DNA of 35,530 nucleotides from NCBI GenBank assembly GCA_964479175.1, contig CAYZLT010000002.1, positions 12,255-47,784 of the forward strand, in the 5' to 3' direction. The notes under the pieces are model-generated. The model did not search any database and had not been told where the DNA came from. It saw nothing but the letters and a program-made list of their open reading frames with translations. Positions 1-7,959 of this stretch are shown in pieces (the stretch's first letter is position 1; every line of letters starts with the position of its first letter). The stretch is from an uncultured Solibacteraceae bacterium (GTDB lineage: Bacteria > Acidobacteriota > Vicinamibacteria > Vicinamibacterales > SCN-69-37). Position numbers and translations under genes: made by a program.

Positions 1-46
1 ACGCGCGCGCCAGCGTGATCGCCTCGCGCATGAACGTGTCGTGCAT
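1..46 (-). CDS. N-terminus of a probable nucleoside/guanine deaminase (CMP/dCMP deaminase family); runs off the window edge
   Basis: ATG at 46, 8 bp after the OMP stop, reads MHDTFMREAITLARA. FMREAIxLA resembles the first helix of GuaD/TadA-type deaminases. Only 15 codons are visible. Confidence 0.45.
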   Translation of the reverse strand, partial: MHDTFMREAITLARA

Positions 47-54
47 CGACGTGT

Positions 55-696
55 TCAGCGCCCGATCGACACCATGACGCGCACAGACACGCCGCCCAGG
101 TCGTCCTCACCAAACGCCTCGAGCGAGCCAGCGGGATCCTTGACCTTGGCCGTGCGCCAGGCCACCTCGGCTCCGGCCGAGACAAAACGCCAGACCGACA
201 CATCGATACCACCAAACACCACGGCGCCCGTGTAGGTCTCGTTCACGCGTTCCGAGCCCACGTCACCAGTGGACGTCTCGCGATATTTCATCCACAACGC
301 GCCCGCTCCGGCATACGGCACCAAACGCCCACCCACCGGCGCGAATCGCCACCCGGCGCCGAGTTCAATTGGCGTCATCGTAATCTCGAGCGGAATCCCC
401 AGCGGAAACACGGTGCCGTCAAACACAAAGAGTCGTTCGCCATCGGCCATCATGCTCGAGACCGATCCACGCACAAACACCCCGCGCCAGAGACGATGGA
501 CTTCCGCCCCGCCACCAGCCCCCGACATCGTCGCCGCGCCGGTCACCGCATCAAACGACTCCTTGGCGGTCATCTGCTGCCAGTCGCCCCAGGCAAACAC
601 GCGACCGCCAATGCCCTCACGGGTCGTCTGTGCGAACACGGGCGCGGCCGTGATTAACAGAGCCAATACGCCCAACACCACTCGTGTCCGCATCAT
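55..696 (-). CDS. Outer-membrane beta-barrel protein (small OMP, OmpW/OmpA-barrel-like)
   Basis: Signal peptide (…AAPVFA/Q) and alternating amphipathic strands (LVPYAGAGA, GAVVFGGIDV, GGVSVRVMVSIGR). Start overlaps the upstream TAA stop (TAATG). Confidence 0.75.
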   Translation of the reverse strand: MMRTRVVLGVLALLITAAPVFAQTTREGIGGRVFAWGDWQQMTAKESFDAVTGAATMSGAGGGAEVHRLWRGVFVRGSVSSMMADGERLFVFDGTVFPLGIPLEITMTPIELGAGWRFAPVGGRLVPYAGAGALWMKYRETSTGDVGSERVNETYTGAVVFGGIDVSVWRFVSAGAEVAWRTAKVKDPAGSLEAFGEDDLGGVSVRVMVSIGR

Positions 697-2189
697 TACC
701 TCACCATCCCGAACCCACGCAGCGCCGCGCGCGGCTGGATCAATCCGGCACCAAAATCGTTATCGCGCCCGGCGGTGCCCAAATCCAGCGCGGTGCGCGT
801 GATGATGGCTTCAACAGCAGCCGGCGACGTGATGCCCTGACTCATGATCAACGCCGCAAGACCGGCGACATGCGGCGAGGCCATCGACGTGCCCTGGATC
901 GCGACGTCCGAGTACCGATCGAATCTCGGAAAAATGATGACCTCGGGGTCGTAGTCGGTGAAGAAGATCCCGGCCTGCCAGATGAGACCCGCTGACCCAC
1001 CGTCTCTGCCGTTGCCGCCGGGCGCGACGATCTCCACAAAACTCCCGGTCGTGGAATACGGCGCCCTGGTGTTCGACCGCCCCACCGCACCCACCGACAT
1101 GGCGCCCTGAATCGATGGAGCATACGAGGCCGGGTACGTCGTGGGATTGCCATCCTCAAATTCGTTGCCAGCCGCCATCGCGATAAACACACCGCGACTG
1201 ACCGCGTAGTTGAGCGCATCCACATACGACGGAGACGGGTTGGTGCCACCAAGACTCAGATTAATGACCTTCGCGCCATTGTCAGCGGCGTAGCGAATGG
1301 CGGAGATCACTGCAGAGGTGGGACAGAAGTCCGAGTTGAGTGCCGCGTATCCGGGCACACCCTGCTCGGACCTCAGAATCTGCACATCCCAGAAGCTGAG
1401 GCACGCCTTGAGCGGCATCACCTTGGCGTTGTAGGCCATGCCCGCGAATCCGAGGTTGTTGTCGGTGGACTGGCCCACGGTTGCCGACACATGCGTCCCA
1501 TGTCCGTCACTGTCGAGCACCGGCCCGGTCCAGAACACGAAGTCTCTTCCGGGGGCGATCCGTGCCGCAGCAAAGTCGGGACTAATCGCAAACGGCATCT
1601 CGTCTGTCACGATCGCCGAGCCGCTCCAGGTCTTGAACCCGTAGGTCGCCGTGACACTGGTCATGCCGGTATCGATCACCGCCACCGTGATGCCCGCACC
1701 GCCGGGATTGACGTCCCAGGCCCCGGGCATGTTGATGGCCGTGAGGTTCCACTGTCGCAGCCCAAACGACGTGTCGTTGGGCACCAGCTTTGGCTTGAGC
1801 AACCAGTTCGGGTGCGCGTATTCGACCTCCGGCTGCCGCGACAGCGCCGCCGCGATCGCAGGGCTGTCTACATCCCCGTCGACCTGCAACCGCGCAGTGC
1901 GGTCGCTGATCCACTGCAGGCGATCAGCCGTCGGTCGGGAACGCAACGCGTCGAGTGCACGCGTCTGCCCCGCAACGGTGGTGCCCTGCCGGAACTTCAC
2001 GATCACTTCGCCTGGGATGTAGTCGAGCCCACGCACCGCCGCGAGTTCAATCGCTTCGCGCTGCGCGGGTGTGGTGAGAAACTCCGGCCGCGGCGCCTGC
2101 TGCGCAGCGACAGTCGGCAGGGACAACCCGGCCGCAAGGACCAGGCCGGGCAACAACAATGTGCGGACAATCGGTTTGGGCAAGGACAC
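696..2189 (-). CDS. Secreted S8 (subtilisin-family) serine peptidase with prodomain
   Basis: Catalytic motifs VAVIDTG, HGTHVSAT, oxyanion AAGNE and GTSMASPHVAG; prodomain PGEVIVKFR; signal peptide. Start uncertain (GTG 2189, TTG 2183, or ORF start 2216). Confidence 0.93.
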   Translation of the reverse strand: MSLPKPIVRTLLLPGLVLAAGLSLPTVAAQQAPRPEFLTTPAQREAIELAAVRGLDYIPGEVIVKFRQGTTVAGQTRALDALRSRPTADRLQWISDRTARLQVDGDVDSPAIAAALSRQPEVEYAHPNWLLKPKLVPNDTSFGLRQWNLTAINMPGAWDVNPGGAGITVAVIDTGMTSVTATYGFKTWSGSAIVTDEMPFAISPDFAAARIAPGRDFVFWTGPVLDSDGHGTHVSATVGQSTDNNLGFAGMAYNAKVMPLKACLSFWDVQILRSEQGVPGYAALNSDFCPTSAVISAIRYAADNGAKVINLSLGGTNPSPSYVDALNYAVSRGVFIAMAAGNEFEDGNPTTYPASYAPSIQGAMSVGAVGRSNTRAPYSTTGSFVEIVAPGGNGRDGGSAGLIWQAGIFFTDYDPEVIIFPRFDRYSDVAIQGTSMASPHVAGLAALIMSQGITSPAAVEAIITRTALDLGTAGRDNDFGAGLIQPRAALRGFGMVR

Positions 2190-2254
2190 CTCGGCCCCAA
2201 GCTTACCGACTACCACGCCCTTCGCCTAGAGCAGTTTTCGGTTGGGTGTCGTAC

Positions 2255-2307
2255 GTAGCGTGACCTTCAGGTCCGCCAAGATGGCGGGGCTGAAGCCCAC
2301 GCCCTAC
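2255..2307. repeat. Inverted pair of GTAG-type REP-like palindromes
   Basis: GTAGCGTGACCTTCAGGTCCGCC on + and GTAGGGCGTGGGCTTCAGCCCCGCC on -. Each is GTAG plus a GC stem with a TTCA loop, facing each other across a 5-nt spacer. Confidence 0.7.
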
Positions 2308-2349
2308 AAAGGCATCGATCGGTACGCGACACGCATCTGACAACCGCCT

Positions 2350-2580
2350 AGTCCCGGCACAAGGCAAGGTCGGCGAACGGCCCTTCGCCGCGCATACGGG
2401 TGCCAAACGTCGAGTCCTTCAACTCGCCGTCGCGACGGCGGCTTCCAGGATCGCGGGCGCCTCGTGATCGGTCAGCCCCGGACTGATCGGCGCCACCATG
2501 ACACCGACTTGTATCCCTGCGTCGCGCAACTTGCGCACGGCCTCGAGTCGCATCGCGGGGCGTGACGCGCGCGGCTCCAG
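2350..2580 (-). pseudogene. Fragment of a PA0069/Rv2578c-type (SPL-like) radical SAM gene, 5'-truncated, internally deleted and frameshifted
   Basis: One frame reads LEPRASRPAMRLEAVRKLRDAGIQVGVMVAPISPGLTDHEAPAILEAA and another continues RDGELKDSTFGTRMRGEGPFADL. Both match C-terminal blocks of that family; the CxxxCxxC region is absent. Confidence 0.8.
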
Positions 2581-2647
2581 TCCAGCCGGATTCGCCTGCG
2601 CACCACGGATCACTCAGATAGTATTTTCGCTCAACCTTCGTCTCGTT

Positions 2648-2679
2648 GGAGTTCAGGAGTCCAGGAGTCCAGGAGTCCA
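2648..2679. repeat. Octamer tandem repeat (GGAGTYCA)x4
   Basis: GGAGTTCA GGAGTCCA GGAGTCCA GGAGTCCA read directly. Confidence 0.9.
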
Positions 2680-2684
2680 AAGAC

Positions 2685-2786
2685 GCGCGAGTGCCAGGTC
2701 AGGCGCGAGCCGAGCGAACGGAGTGGGGAGTAAGGGGCCCCACGAGTGAAGCTCGTCGGGGGTCCGGCGGGGCGAAGCCCCCCGGA
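2685..2786. repeat. Multi-hairpin structured element 3' of the tRNA (dispersed-repeat/MITE-like)
   Basis: Stems GTGGGG/CCCCAC, ACGAG-TGAAG-CTCGT and TCCGG-C-GGGGC-GAA-GCCCC-CCGGA. Confidence 0.55.
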
Positions 2787-2794
2787 TCAATGTT

Positions 2795-2871
2795 TGGTGC
2801 GCCCTGCAGGATTCGAACCTGCGACCTCCTGGTTCGTAGCCAGACGCTCTATCCAGCTGAGCTAAGGGCGC
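2795..2871 (-). tRNA. tRNA-Arg (anticodon ACG)
   Basis: GCGCCCTTAGCTCAGCTGGATAGAGCGTCTGGCT-ACG-AACCAGGAGGTCGCAGGTTCGAATCCTGCAGGGCGCACCA; 77-nt cloverleaf with encoded CCA. Confidence 0.98.
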
Positions 2872-2884
2872 TAAGAACCTGCGA

Positions 2885-2893
2885 ATTATATCA
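2885..2893 (-). promoter_or_regulatory. Extended -10 promoter of tRNA-Arg
   Basis: TGaTATAAT on the minus strand, 13 nt upstream of the mature tRNA 5' end. Confidence 0.75.
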
Positions 2894-2916
2894 GGTTCCC
2901 TGATCCGGCGAACGAC

Positions 2917-4776
2917 TCAGCGGACTATTCCGAAGCCCACGTTAAAAAATCCGGGCAAGGTGATGGGCAGACGACCGGTGATTGGGGCCTCCCCAGCCAG
3001 CGCTCGGACGGCGGACAACTCGGCCTGATCGTAGAAGTCGTAGGTCAGCAGCACCGCGGGCAATTCGGGCATGAACATCGGCACGTACGGATTGCCGAAG
3101 AACATCGTCACAAACGGCTTCGGGGTGTTGGCGGTCATGCGCGCCAGGTCCTGCAGCAGTCGCGACACGGGCGGCGCCAGGTCCATGCGACCACTGCCCG
3201 ACGACGCGCGCACAAAGACGGAGACGACGATGGCGTCGTAGCGCATGGCGGTGGCGCGGACGAGATCAATTTCCGATGGGGTTGACCGATCCGACAATTC
3301 GACCGACGTCAGCGACGGCCAGCGTTGTCGCAACTCGGGGATGACCGTACGACTTGGTGACGCAATGCGCCACCCTGATGGATAGTCGAGCACCGAGAGA
3401 TACAGGACCGCCGCTTCACGCGATGCGCGCAGCGGGATTTGATTGCGATCGTCCTTGAGCAACGTGATCGAGCGCTGGCTGGCGTCGCGCGCAATCTTCG
3501 CGTGTTCGCGCCCGCCAACCAGGGCCGGCAGATCGTCGAGCGACACCCGTTTGTTGCGGTGCAGTCCGAGGCGTGCCTTCGTCCGGAGGATCCGGCGCAC
3601 GGATTCGTCGACCTGCGCCACCGGAATCTGCCCGTCTGTGATCGCCGCTTTCACTGCCGCAATGGCCGCGGCGTCATCGGGCGACTGCAGAATCAAGTCG
3701 TTCCCCGCGAGCACCGCGCGGACCGCCGCTTCGCCGGGCGTCAACCTCCTCGACACGGCGTCCATCGTCATCGCATCGGTCACGATGAGGCCGTTGAACT
3801 TCATCTCTCCGCGCAACAGACCCGTGATAATCGGACGACTTAACGTGGATGGACTGAACTCACCAGGGTCGAGCGCCGGCAGTTGAATGTGCGCGGTCAT
3901 GATGGCGTCTGCGCCGGCCGCAATGCCTGCGCGAAACGACGGGAGTTCCACCGCCTCGAGGCGTTCGCGCGGATGCGCAATGATCGGCAGTCCGATGTGC
4001 GAGTCCACGTCGGTGTCGCCGTGACCGGGGAAGTGTTTGAGGGTGGACAACATGCCGCCCGCTTTGAGCCCGCGGATGTACGCGGCATTCAGGGTGCCGA
4101 CCGCCGTGGGCACCTCGCCAAACGCCCGTGTGTTGATCACGGGATTGCGCGCGTTGTTGTTCACATCCGCGACCGGCGCGAAGTTGAGATGAACGCCGAG
4201 GGCGCGACCTTCCTTCGCGGTGATGCGCGCGGCCTCGAACGCCAACTGCTCATCAGCCACGGCACCAAACGCCATCGCCCTGGGAAAGCCGGTCGCGCCG
4301 GCGATGCGCATCGCCACACCGGTCTCAAAATCCGCCGCGTTCAGCAACGGGATGGCCGACGCGTCCTGCAACCGGTTGAGCGTCGACGCCACCGCAAACG
4401 GTTGGCCGAGGGTGACGGTGCCGTAGGTGTTGTTGAGCAGCACCGACGGCGCGCGCTCTGATCCACCGAACGCAATGATGCCGCCCACCTTGAGCGTCTT
4501 GATCTTCTCCACCAGCGCGTCGAATCGATCCGTATCCGATGCGAGGTACATCGAATCAATCGACGTCATGAACAACTGCCCGACCTTCTCGTCCAGCGTC
4601 ATCCGTTTGAAGGTCTCGTCCACCCAGCGCTCGGCCTGTCGGTCCAGCGTGTCGGGAAGCGCGGCGGCCGCGACCACCGGTGCCGGGCGGGGCGGTGTGA
4701 CTTGGCGCTGCGTGGCGACAGCGGTTCCGCCGGCCAGCACGACGCCGACCAGCACTCCGTGAATCGTTCGTGTCAT
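2917..4776 (-). CDS. nagZ: Exported glycoside hydrolase family 3 beta-N-acetylglucosaminidase
   Basis: NFAPVADVNNNARNPVINTRAFG, NagZ signature KHFPGHGDTDVDSH, nucleophile VTDAM, GH3 C-terminal domain and a signal peptide. Confidence 0.9.
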   Translation of the reverse strand: MTRTIHGVLVGVVLAGGTAVATQRQVTPPRPAPVVAAAALPDTLDRQAERWVDETFKRMTLDEKVGQLFMTSIDSMYLASDTDRFDALVEKIKTLKVGGIIAFGGSERAPSVLLNNTYGTVTLGQPFAVASTLNRLQDASAIPLLNAADFETGVAMRIAGATGFPRAMAFGAVADEQLAFEAARITAKEGRALGVHLNFAPVADVNNNARNPVINTRAFGEVPTAVGTLNAAYIRGLKAGGMLSTLKHFPGHGDTDVDSHIGLPIIAHPRERLEAVELPSFRAGIAAGADAIMTAHIQLPALDPGEFSPSTLSRPIITGLLRGEMKFNGLIVTDAMTMDAVSRRLTPGEAAVRAVLAGNDLILQSPDDAAAIAAVKAAITDGQIPVAQVDESVRRILRTKARLGLHRNKRVSLDDLPALVGGREHAKIARDASQRSITLLKDDRNQIPLRASREAAVLYLSVLDYPSGWRIASPSRTVIPELRQRWPSLTSVELSDRSTPSEIDLVRATAMRYDAIVVSVFVRASSGSGRMDLAPPVSRLLQDLARMTANTPKPFVTMFFGNPYVPMFMPELPAVLLTYDFYDQAELSAVRALAGEAPITGRLPITLPGFFNVGFGIVR

Positions 4777-5276
4777 CGGGCGGTTTCTCTAACGATGTGG
4801 CCGAGTTCGGGGAGGATAAGTCGTCGCATGGCAAGACGGACCGCGTCCTCGGAGCGACGGCGCACGAACACGATGGCACCGCAGACCACTCCGGCACAGG
4901 CACGACTGAGCATCGCCGCCGCGCCAATCTCCTCGAAGCTGAGCATGCGGAACAGCTCGCCGAAGCCGTCGAGCTGTTTGTCAAAGAGCGCAGTCACGGC
5001 TTCGTAGGTGTTGTCGCGCCGGGTGATGCCGGTGCCGCCCGTGGTGATCACCGCGCGGACGTCTTTGCGGCCGAGGTGCGCGCGGATGGCATCGGCGACT
5101 TTCAGGGGATCGTCCGGCACCAGTTCGCGCGCCACCACGGTGTGGCCTGCGGCGATCAGCAGGTCGGCGATGGCCTGGCCACTGGTGTCGGTGTCGGGGG
5201 TTCGGGTGTCGCTGACCGTCAGGACGAGGCACGGCACGGACACCGGAGCGTCAGCACGATGGGCAGTCACAGACAT
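4773..5276 (-). CDS. moaB: MoaB/MogA molybdopterin adenylyltransferase-family protein
   Basis: VLTVSDTR, DTSG, TTGGTGITRRDNTYEA, GFGELFRMLS, AMLSRA. True start is ATG 5276. The LPGS motif is anomalous (see findings). Confidence 0.9.
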   Translation of the reverse strand: MSVTAHRADAPVSVPCLVLTVSDTRTPDTDTSGQAIADLLIAAGHTVVARELVPDDPLKVADAIRAHLGRKDVRAVITTGGTGITRRDNTYEAVTALFDKQLDGFGELFRMLSFEEIGAAAMLSRACAGVVCGAIVFVRRRSEDAVRLAMRRLILPELGHIVRETAR

Positions 5277-5282
5277 GGGCCG

Positions 5283-5292
5283 ATGATAACGT
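5283..5292. promoter_or_regulatory. Bidirectional overlapping -10 boxes (leaderless moaB and moeA)
   Basis: TGaTAACGT (+) lies 7 nt before the moeA ATG; TATCAT (-) lies 6 nt before the moaB ATG. The intergenic region is 23 bp with no clear SD. Confidence 0.7.
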
Positions 5293-5299
5293 CTTTTGC

Positions 5300-6508
5300 A
5301 TGCGCCCATTTGCCGGCACCCTGCCCTTCGACGCTGCCTATCGTCTCGTCCTTGACGCGGCACGGGCCACGGACCGAGTCGAGCGGATCGCTGTCGAACT
5401 CGTCGATGGCCGGGTGCTGGCCACCGCCATCCTGGCCGATCAGGACGTGCCGGCGTTTGATCGCGCGGCCATGGATGGATACGCGGTGATCGCGTCGGAC
5501 ACGGCGCCCGCGTCGCCAGATGCTCCCGTGGCGCTGCGCCACATCGGACGGGTATTCACGGGTGAAACCAGCGACGCGTTCGTTGTGTCGGGCACCTGCA
5601 TCGAGGTCGCCACCGGCGCACCACTGCCGCCTGGTGCCGACGCCGTCGTCATGGTCGAACACACGACACGTGACATCACGCACGTCTTTGTGAGCAAGCC
5701 CCCGGCGCCGCGGCAACACGTCGGTCCACGCGGTGGAGACATCCGCGAGGGGGAATCCCTGCTCGAGGCTGGAGCAGTCTTCAACCCGGCGCGAATCGGC
5801 GCGGTGACGGCCATTGGTCAGACGCACGTCGAGGTGTTCGCGCGACCGCGTGTCGCGATCATGTGCACGGGCGATGAGGTGGTGAGCCCGGGACAACCGC
5901 TGCAACCAGGCCAGGTCTACAACGTCAATCGCTACACCCTCGAGGCGCTCGTGCGTCGCCACGGCGGTGAGCCGGTGATCATTCCGACGACCGGCGATTC
6001 GCTTGAGGCGCTGGACCGGTCACTGGCGGTCGCCCGCACGTGCGACATCATCGTGACCTCCGGCGGCAGTTCAGTTGGCGAGCACGATCTGGTCATCGAC
6101 ATGCTCCGCACCCACGGCGAGGTGATTTTTCACGGCATCGCGATCAAACCGGGCAAGCCAACCGTGTTTGGCCGCATCGGAGACACGATCCTGCTCGGAC
6201 TGTCGGGCTACCCGACGTCGTGTCTGTCGAATGCGCATGTGTTGCTGGTGCCACTGTTGCGACTGACCGCTCGCCTCCCCGAATGGACGCCTCGTACGGT
6301 CACGGTGCCGCTGGCTCGGCGGATCACATCCGCACCGGGCCGCCTGCAGTTCTACACCGTGCGCCTGGAGGGGGGCCACGCCGTTCCTGCGTTCAAGGCG
6401 TCGGGCGACATCACCTCCATGGCACACGCGGACGGCTACGTCGTGATCCCGTCCGACGTCGAGACGGTCGAGGCAGGGGCGATGGTGACGGTCACGTTTT
6501 ACGATTAG
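5300..6508 (+). CDS. moeA: Molybdopterin molybdenumtransferase MoeA (gephyrin E-like)
   Basis: PAFDRAAMDGYAV, TGAPLPPGADAVVMVE, TGDE, SGGSSVGEHD, IKPGKP, GLSGYPTS. Confidence 0.95.
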   Translation: MRPFAGTLPFDAAYRLVLDAARATDRVERIAVELVDGRVLATAILADQDVPAFDRAAMDGYAVIASDTAPASPDAPVALRHIGRVFTGETSDAFVVSGTCIEVATGAPLPPGADAVVMVEHTTRDITHVFVSKPPAPRQHVGPRGGDIREGESLLEAGAVFNPARIGAVTAIGQTHVEVFARPRVAIMCTGDEVVSPGQPLQPGQVYNVNRYTLEALVRRHGGEPVIIPTTGDSLEALDRSLAVARTCDIIVTSGGSSVGEHDLVIDMLRTHGEVIFHGIAIKPGKPTVFGRIGDTILLGLSGYPTSCLSNAHVLLVPLLRLTARLPEWTPRTVTVPLARRITSAPGRLQFYTVRLEGGHAVPAFKASGDITSMAHADGYVVIPSDVETVEAGAMVTVTFYD

Positions 6509-6515
6509 ATCGTTT

Positions 6516-6581
6516 TACAGAGAGACACAGGGCCAACGGAGTTTTACTGACAATGCTCCGTGTTTCCGTGGCTCCCTGTGA
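6516..6581. terminator. Imperfect inverted repeat between convergent moeA and nrfA (possible bidirectional terminator/REP-like)
   Basis: ACAGAGAGACACAGGGCCAACGGAG … CTCCGTGTTTCCGTGGCTCCCTGT; degenerate stem with no clear U-tract. Confidence 0.45.
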
Positions 6582-6603
6582 TTGATACCCGCGCGAGGCC
6601 GTG

Positions 6604-7959
6604 TCAGCGCTGAAACAACGCGCGCTGGCCCTTGCGGGTGTGTTCGATCGAGAGGCCGAGGATGCGCATGGATTCCTGTGGCGCGTGGAAGCCCATCGAA
6701 TTTTCTGCTTCGATGAAGTCGAGCAGAAACTGCGCGCGGCGCTGAGCGGTCTGGGCCGCGGTCACGGCGCTGACCGATGTGCCGTCTGATCGCGCCAGTT
6801 TCAGATCGCCGATCAACTCCACGAGCGCATCCATCGCCACGTTGCGCATCTGGTAGGTGCGATCTTGAATGGTGAACACGCGCTCTCGAAGCTCCTCCTC
6901 AGGCATCGTGTGGCACACCTGGCAGGCGTTGTTGATGTTGAGCAGCGGGCTGCGCACGTGATGGTCGCTCACCTTGAGCGCGCCCTGGCGCATGTAGGGC
7001 ATGTGGCAATCCGCGCACGTCACACCGGACTTGGCGTGGATGCCCTGGTTCCACATCTCGAACTCGGGGTGCTGCGCCTTGAGATTGGGCGCCCCGGTGT
7101 CCGCGTGGGTCCAGTCCTTGAACCCGTTCTCCTCGTAGTAGGACAGGATTTCGTCGGCCTTCAAGCCCTTGGTCCAGGGATACGTCAGCCGCTTTTCCGG
7201 TCCCTTGAAGTAATACTCGACGTGGCACTGACCGCAGACAAACGACCGCATCTCCTGATGGGTCGCTGACGCGTTCACGTCGTAGTTTTCGATGCCCTGC
7301 GACGCCTTGTAGGCCTTCATGCCCTCAAGGAACCCGGGGCGCGTCACCCGCAGTTTCATGTTCGTTGGATCGTGACAATCGATGCACGTCACCGGATGCT
7401 CGACGAGCGTACGCGCTTGTTTGTAGGGCATCTTGTTCATCGCTTCAAAGCCGGCGACAAGATCTCCCTTCCCGAGACGTTTGTACGGCAGATACACCGA
7501 CGCGTGACAATGCATGCACGTCCCTGGCTGGGTCACGACCTGCTGCCGCTCGGTGAACGTCTGATCCTCGAGCATGTAGGCGTGCCCGCGTTCTTCACGA
7601 AAGTCCACCGCGAACGCGTACCCGTTCCACATGGTCTTCAGGCGGGGATCCTCTTCGAGACGGGACTGCGCCACGATCGATCGCGGATCGGCCTGCGTCG
7701 GCGTCCGCTGAATCGCTTCACTCCCGCCATACCGCGTCCGCATTTGGTCCACGGTCCTCAGGTAACTGTCGTACTGGAACGGAAAGTTTTTCCCCCACAC
7801 TGCCGGGTCGTCAATCTCGTCGGTCAGCTCGACCACGCGGAAGAACGGGTCGCGCGCCTCCTGCTTGCGCTCCATGATGTTGACCAGAAGGGCCGTCATG
7901 CCCGCGGCGGCGGCGGCCGCCACCAGTGCCGTCACGAAGATCAGTTTGGGAGATTTCAT
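6604..7959 (-). CDS. nrfA: Ammonia-forming cytochrome c nitrite reductase, catalytic subunit c552 (CXXCH-type heme 1)
   Basis: Five heme motifs CMHCH, CIDCH, CGQCHVEYYF, CADCH, CQVCH; REERGH; KAQHPEFE; ENSMGFHAP. ATG 7959 overlaps the nrfH stop (ATGA). Confidence 0.95.
   Translation of the reverse strand: MKSPKLIFVTALVAAAAAAGMTALLVNIMERKQEARDPFFRVVELTDEIDDPAVWGKNFPFQYDSYLRTVDQMRTRYGGSEAIQRTPTQADPRSIVAQSRLEEDPRLKTMWNGYAFAVDFREERGHAYMLEDQTFTERQQVVTQPGTCMHCHASVYLPYKRLGKGDLVAGFEAMNKMPYKQARTLVEHPVTCIDCHDPTNMKLRVTRPGFLEGMKAYKASQGIENYDVNASATHQEMRSFVCGQCHVEYYFKGPEKRLTYPWTKGLKADEILSYYEENGFKDWTHADTGAPNLKAQHPEFEMWNQGIHAKSGVTCADCHMPYMRQGALKVSDHHVRSPLLNINNACQVCHTMPEEELRERVFTIQDRTYQMRNVAMDALVELIGDLKLARSDGTSVSAVTAAQTAQRRAQFLLDFIEAENSMGFHAPQESMRILGLSIEHTRKGQRALFQR

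Noticed and set aside
2200-2795. Prophage or genomic island integrated at tRNA-Arg
   Set aside because: No integrase, and no convincing duplicated tRNA 3' end seen. The GCGCACCA match near 2598-2605 is only 8 nt and in the opposite orientation.
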